Positions 34,165 to 34,310 of a stretch of DNA of 34,310 nt are shown here, piece by piece. Every line of letters starts with the position of its first letter. Position 1 is the first letter of the stretch. A program made the position numbers and the translations under genes. Source of the DNA: a virus (Duplodnaviria > Caudoviricetes). Where the stretch lies: positions 1 through 34,310 of IMG/VR virus record IMGVR_UViG_3300022916_000053; one strand, given 5' to 3'. A model generated the notes under the pieces. It was not told the origin of the DNA, did not search any database, and saw nothing but the letters and a program-made list of their open reading frames with translations.

Positions 34165-34309
34165 CGCTCTGTCCTTTCTTCATCATCTCCGGGAATCCCG
34201 GGATGAGCCTCTCAACGTCACGCTTATTCATTCCCTGCAGGAAGTCCTTGCCCGCAAATTCCCAGTCAATGGCAAATCTAAGCGCCGGGATCTGGGCCGC
34301 CTGCTGCAG
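34043..34309 (-). CDS. Portal protein C-terminus (truncated by window edge)
   Basis: Open frame from the edge: LQQAAQIPALRFAIDWEFAGKDFLQGMNKRDVERLIP...GPQG*; synteny and Pro/Gly-rich tail fit a podovirus portal. Confidence 0.6.
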   Translation of the reverse strand: MQQAAQIPALRFAIDWEFAGKDFLQGMNKRDVERLIPGFPEMMKKGQSGERFSELAPPGGGPQAGAGPSGAPGVPPSQGSPPNRGPQG

Positions 34310-34310
34310 G

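Noticed and set aside
1-34310. Stop-codon reassignment (alternative genetic code)
   Set aside because: Conserved genes (DnaB, capsid, nozzle) are intact under code 11 and TAA, TAG and TGA all end genes at sensible positions.

Overview
This window is a 34.3-kb segment of a tailed (podovirus-like) bacteriophage genome with two convergent arms. The + strand (1-10987) carries early/middle genes: many small ORFs, an HhH-glycosylase-like protein, a LysM protein, a lysozyme-like protein with a Cys-rich insertion, a beta-barrel-like protein paired with a Gly-X repeat ORF, Cas4-like nuclease, Rad52/Sak-like annealase, RuvC-like resolvase, replication initiator-like protein, SSB-like protein and DnaB helicase. 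The - strand (10984-34310) is the late operon: portal C-terminus, scaffold, N4-gp56-type major capsid protein, four beta-helix tailspike-like proteins, adaptor, nozzle, GNAT, ejection proteins including a 1571-aa ART/LPD38 polyvalent protein, and a holin. No integrase, DNA polymerase, terminase, CRISPR array or reverse transcriptase is visible. The most unusual signals are (1) a 357-bp non-coding island (8421-8777) holding a tRNA-like RNA with glycine-type acceptor identity whose anticodon loop is replaced by a long hairpin, flanked by two candidate pseudoknots; (2) a 27-nt repeated leader motif with a compensatory base change, fused to the Shine-Dalgarno of late head genes; (3) the beta-barrel plus (G-Y/S/F/D)n gene pair. 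All family calls come from recognising motifs by eye; no database search was run.
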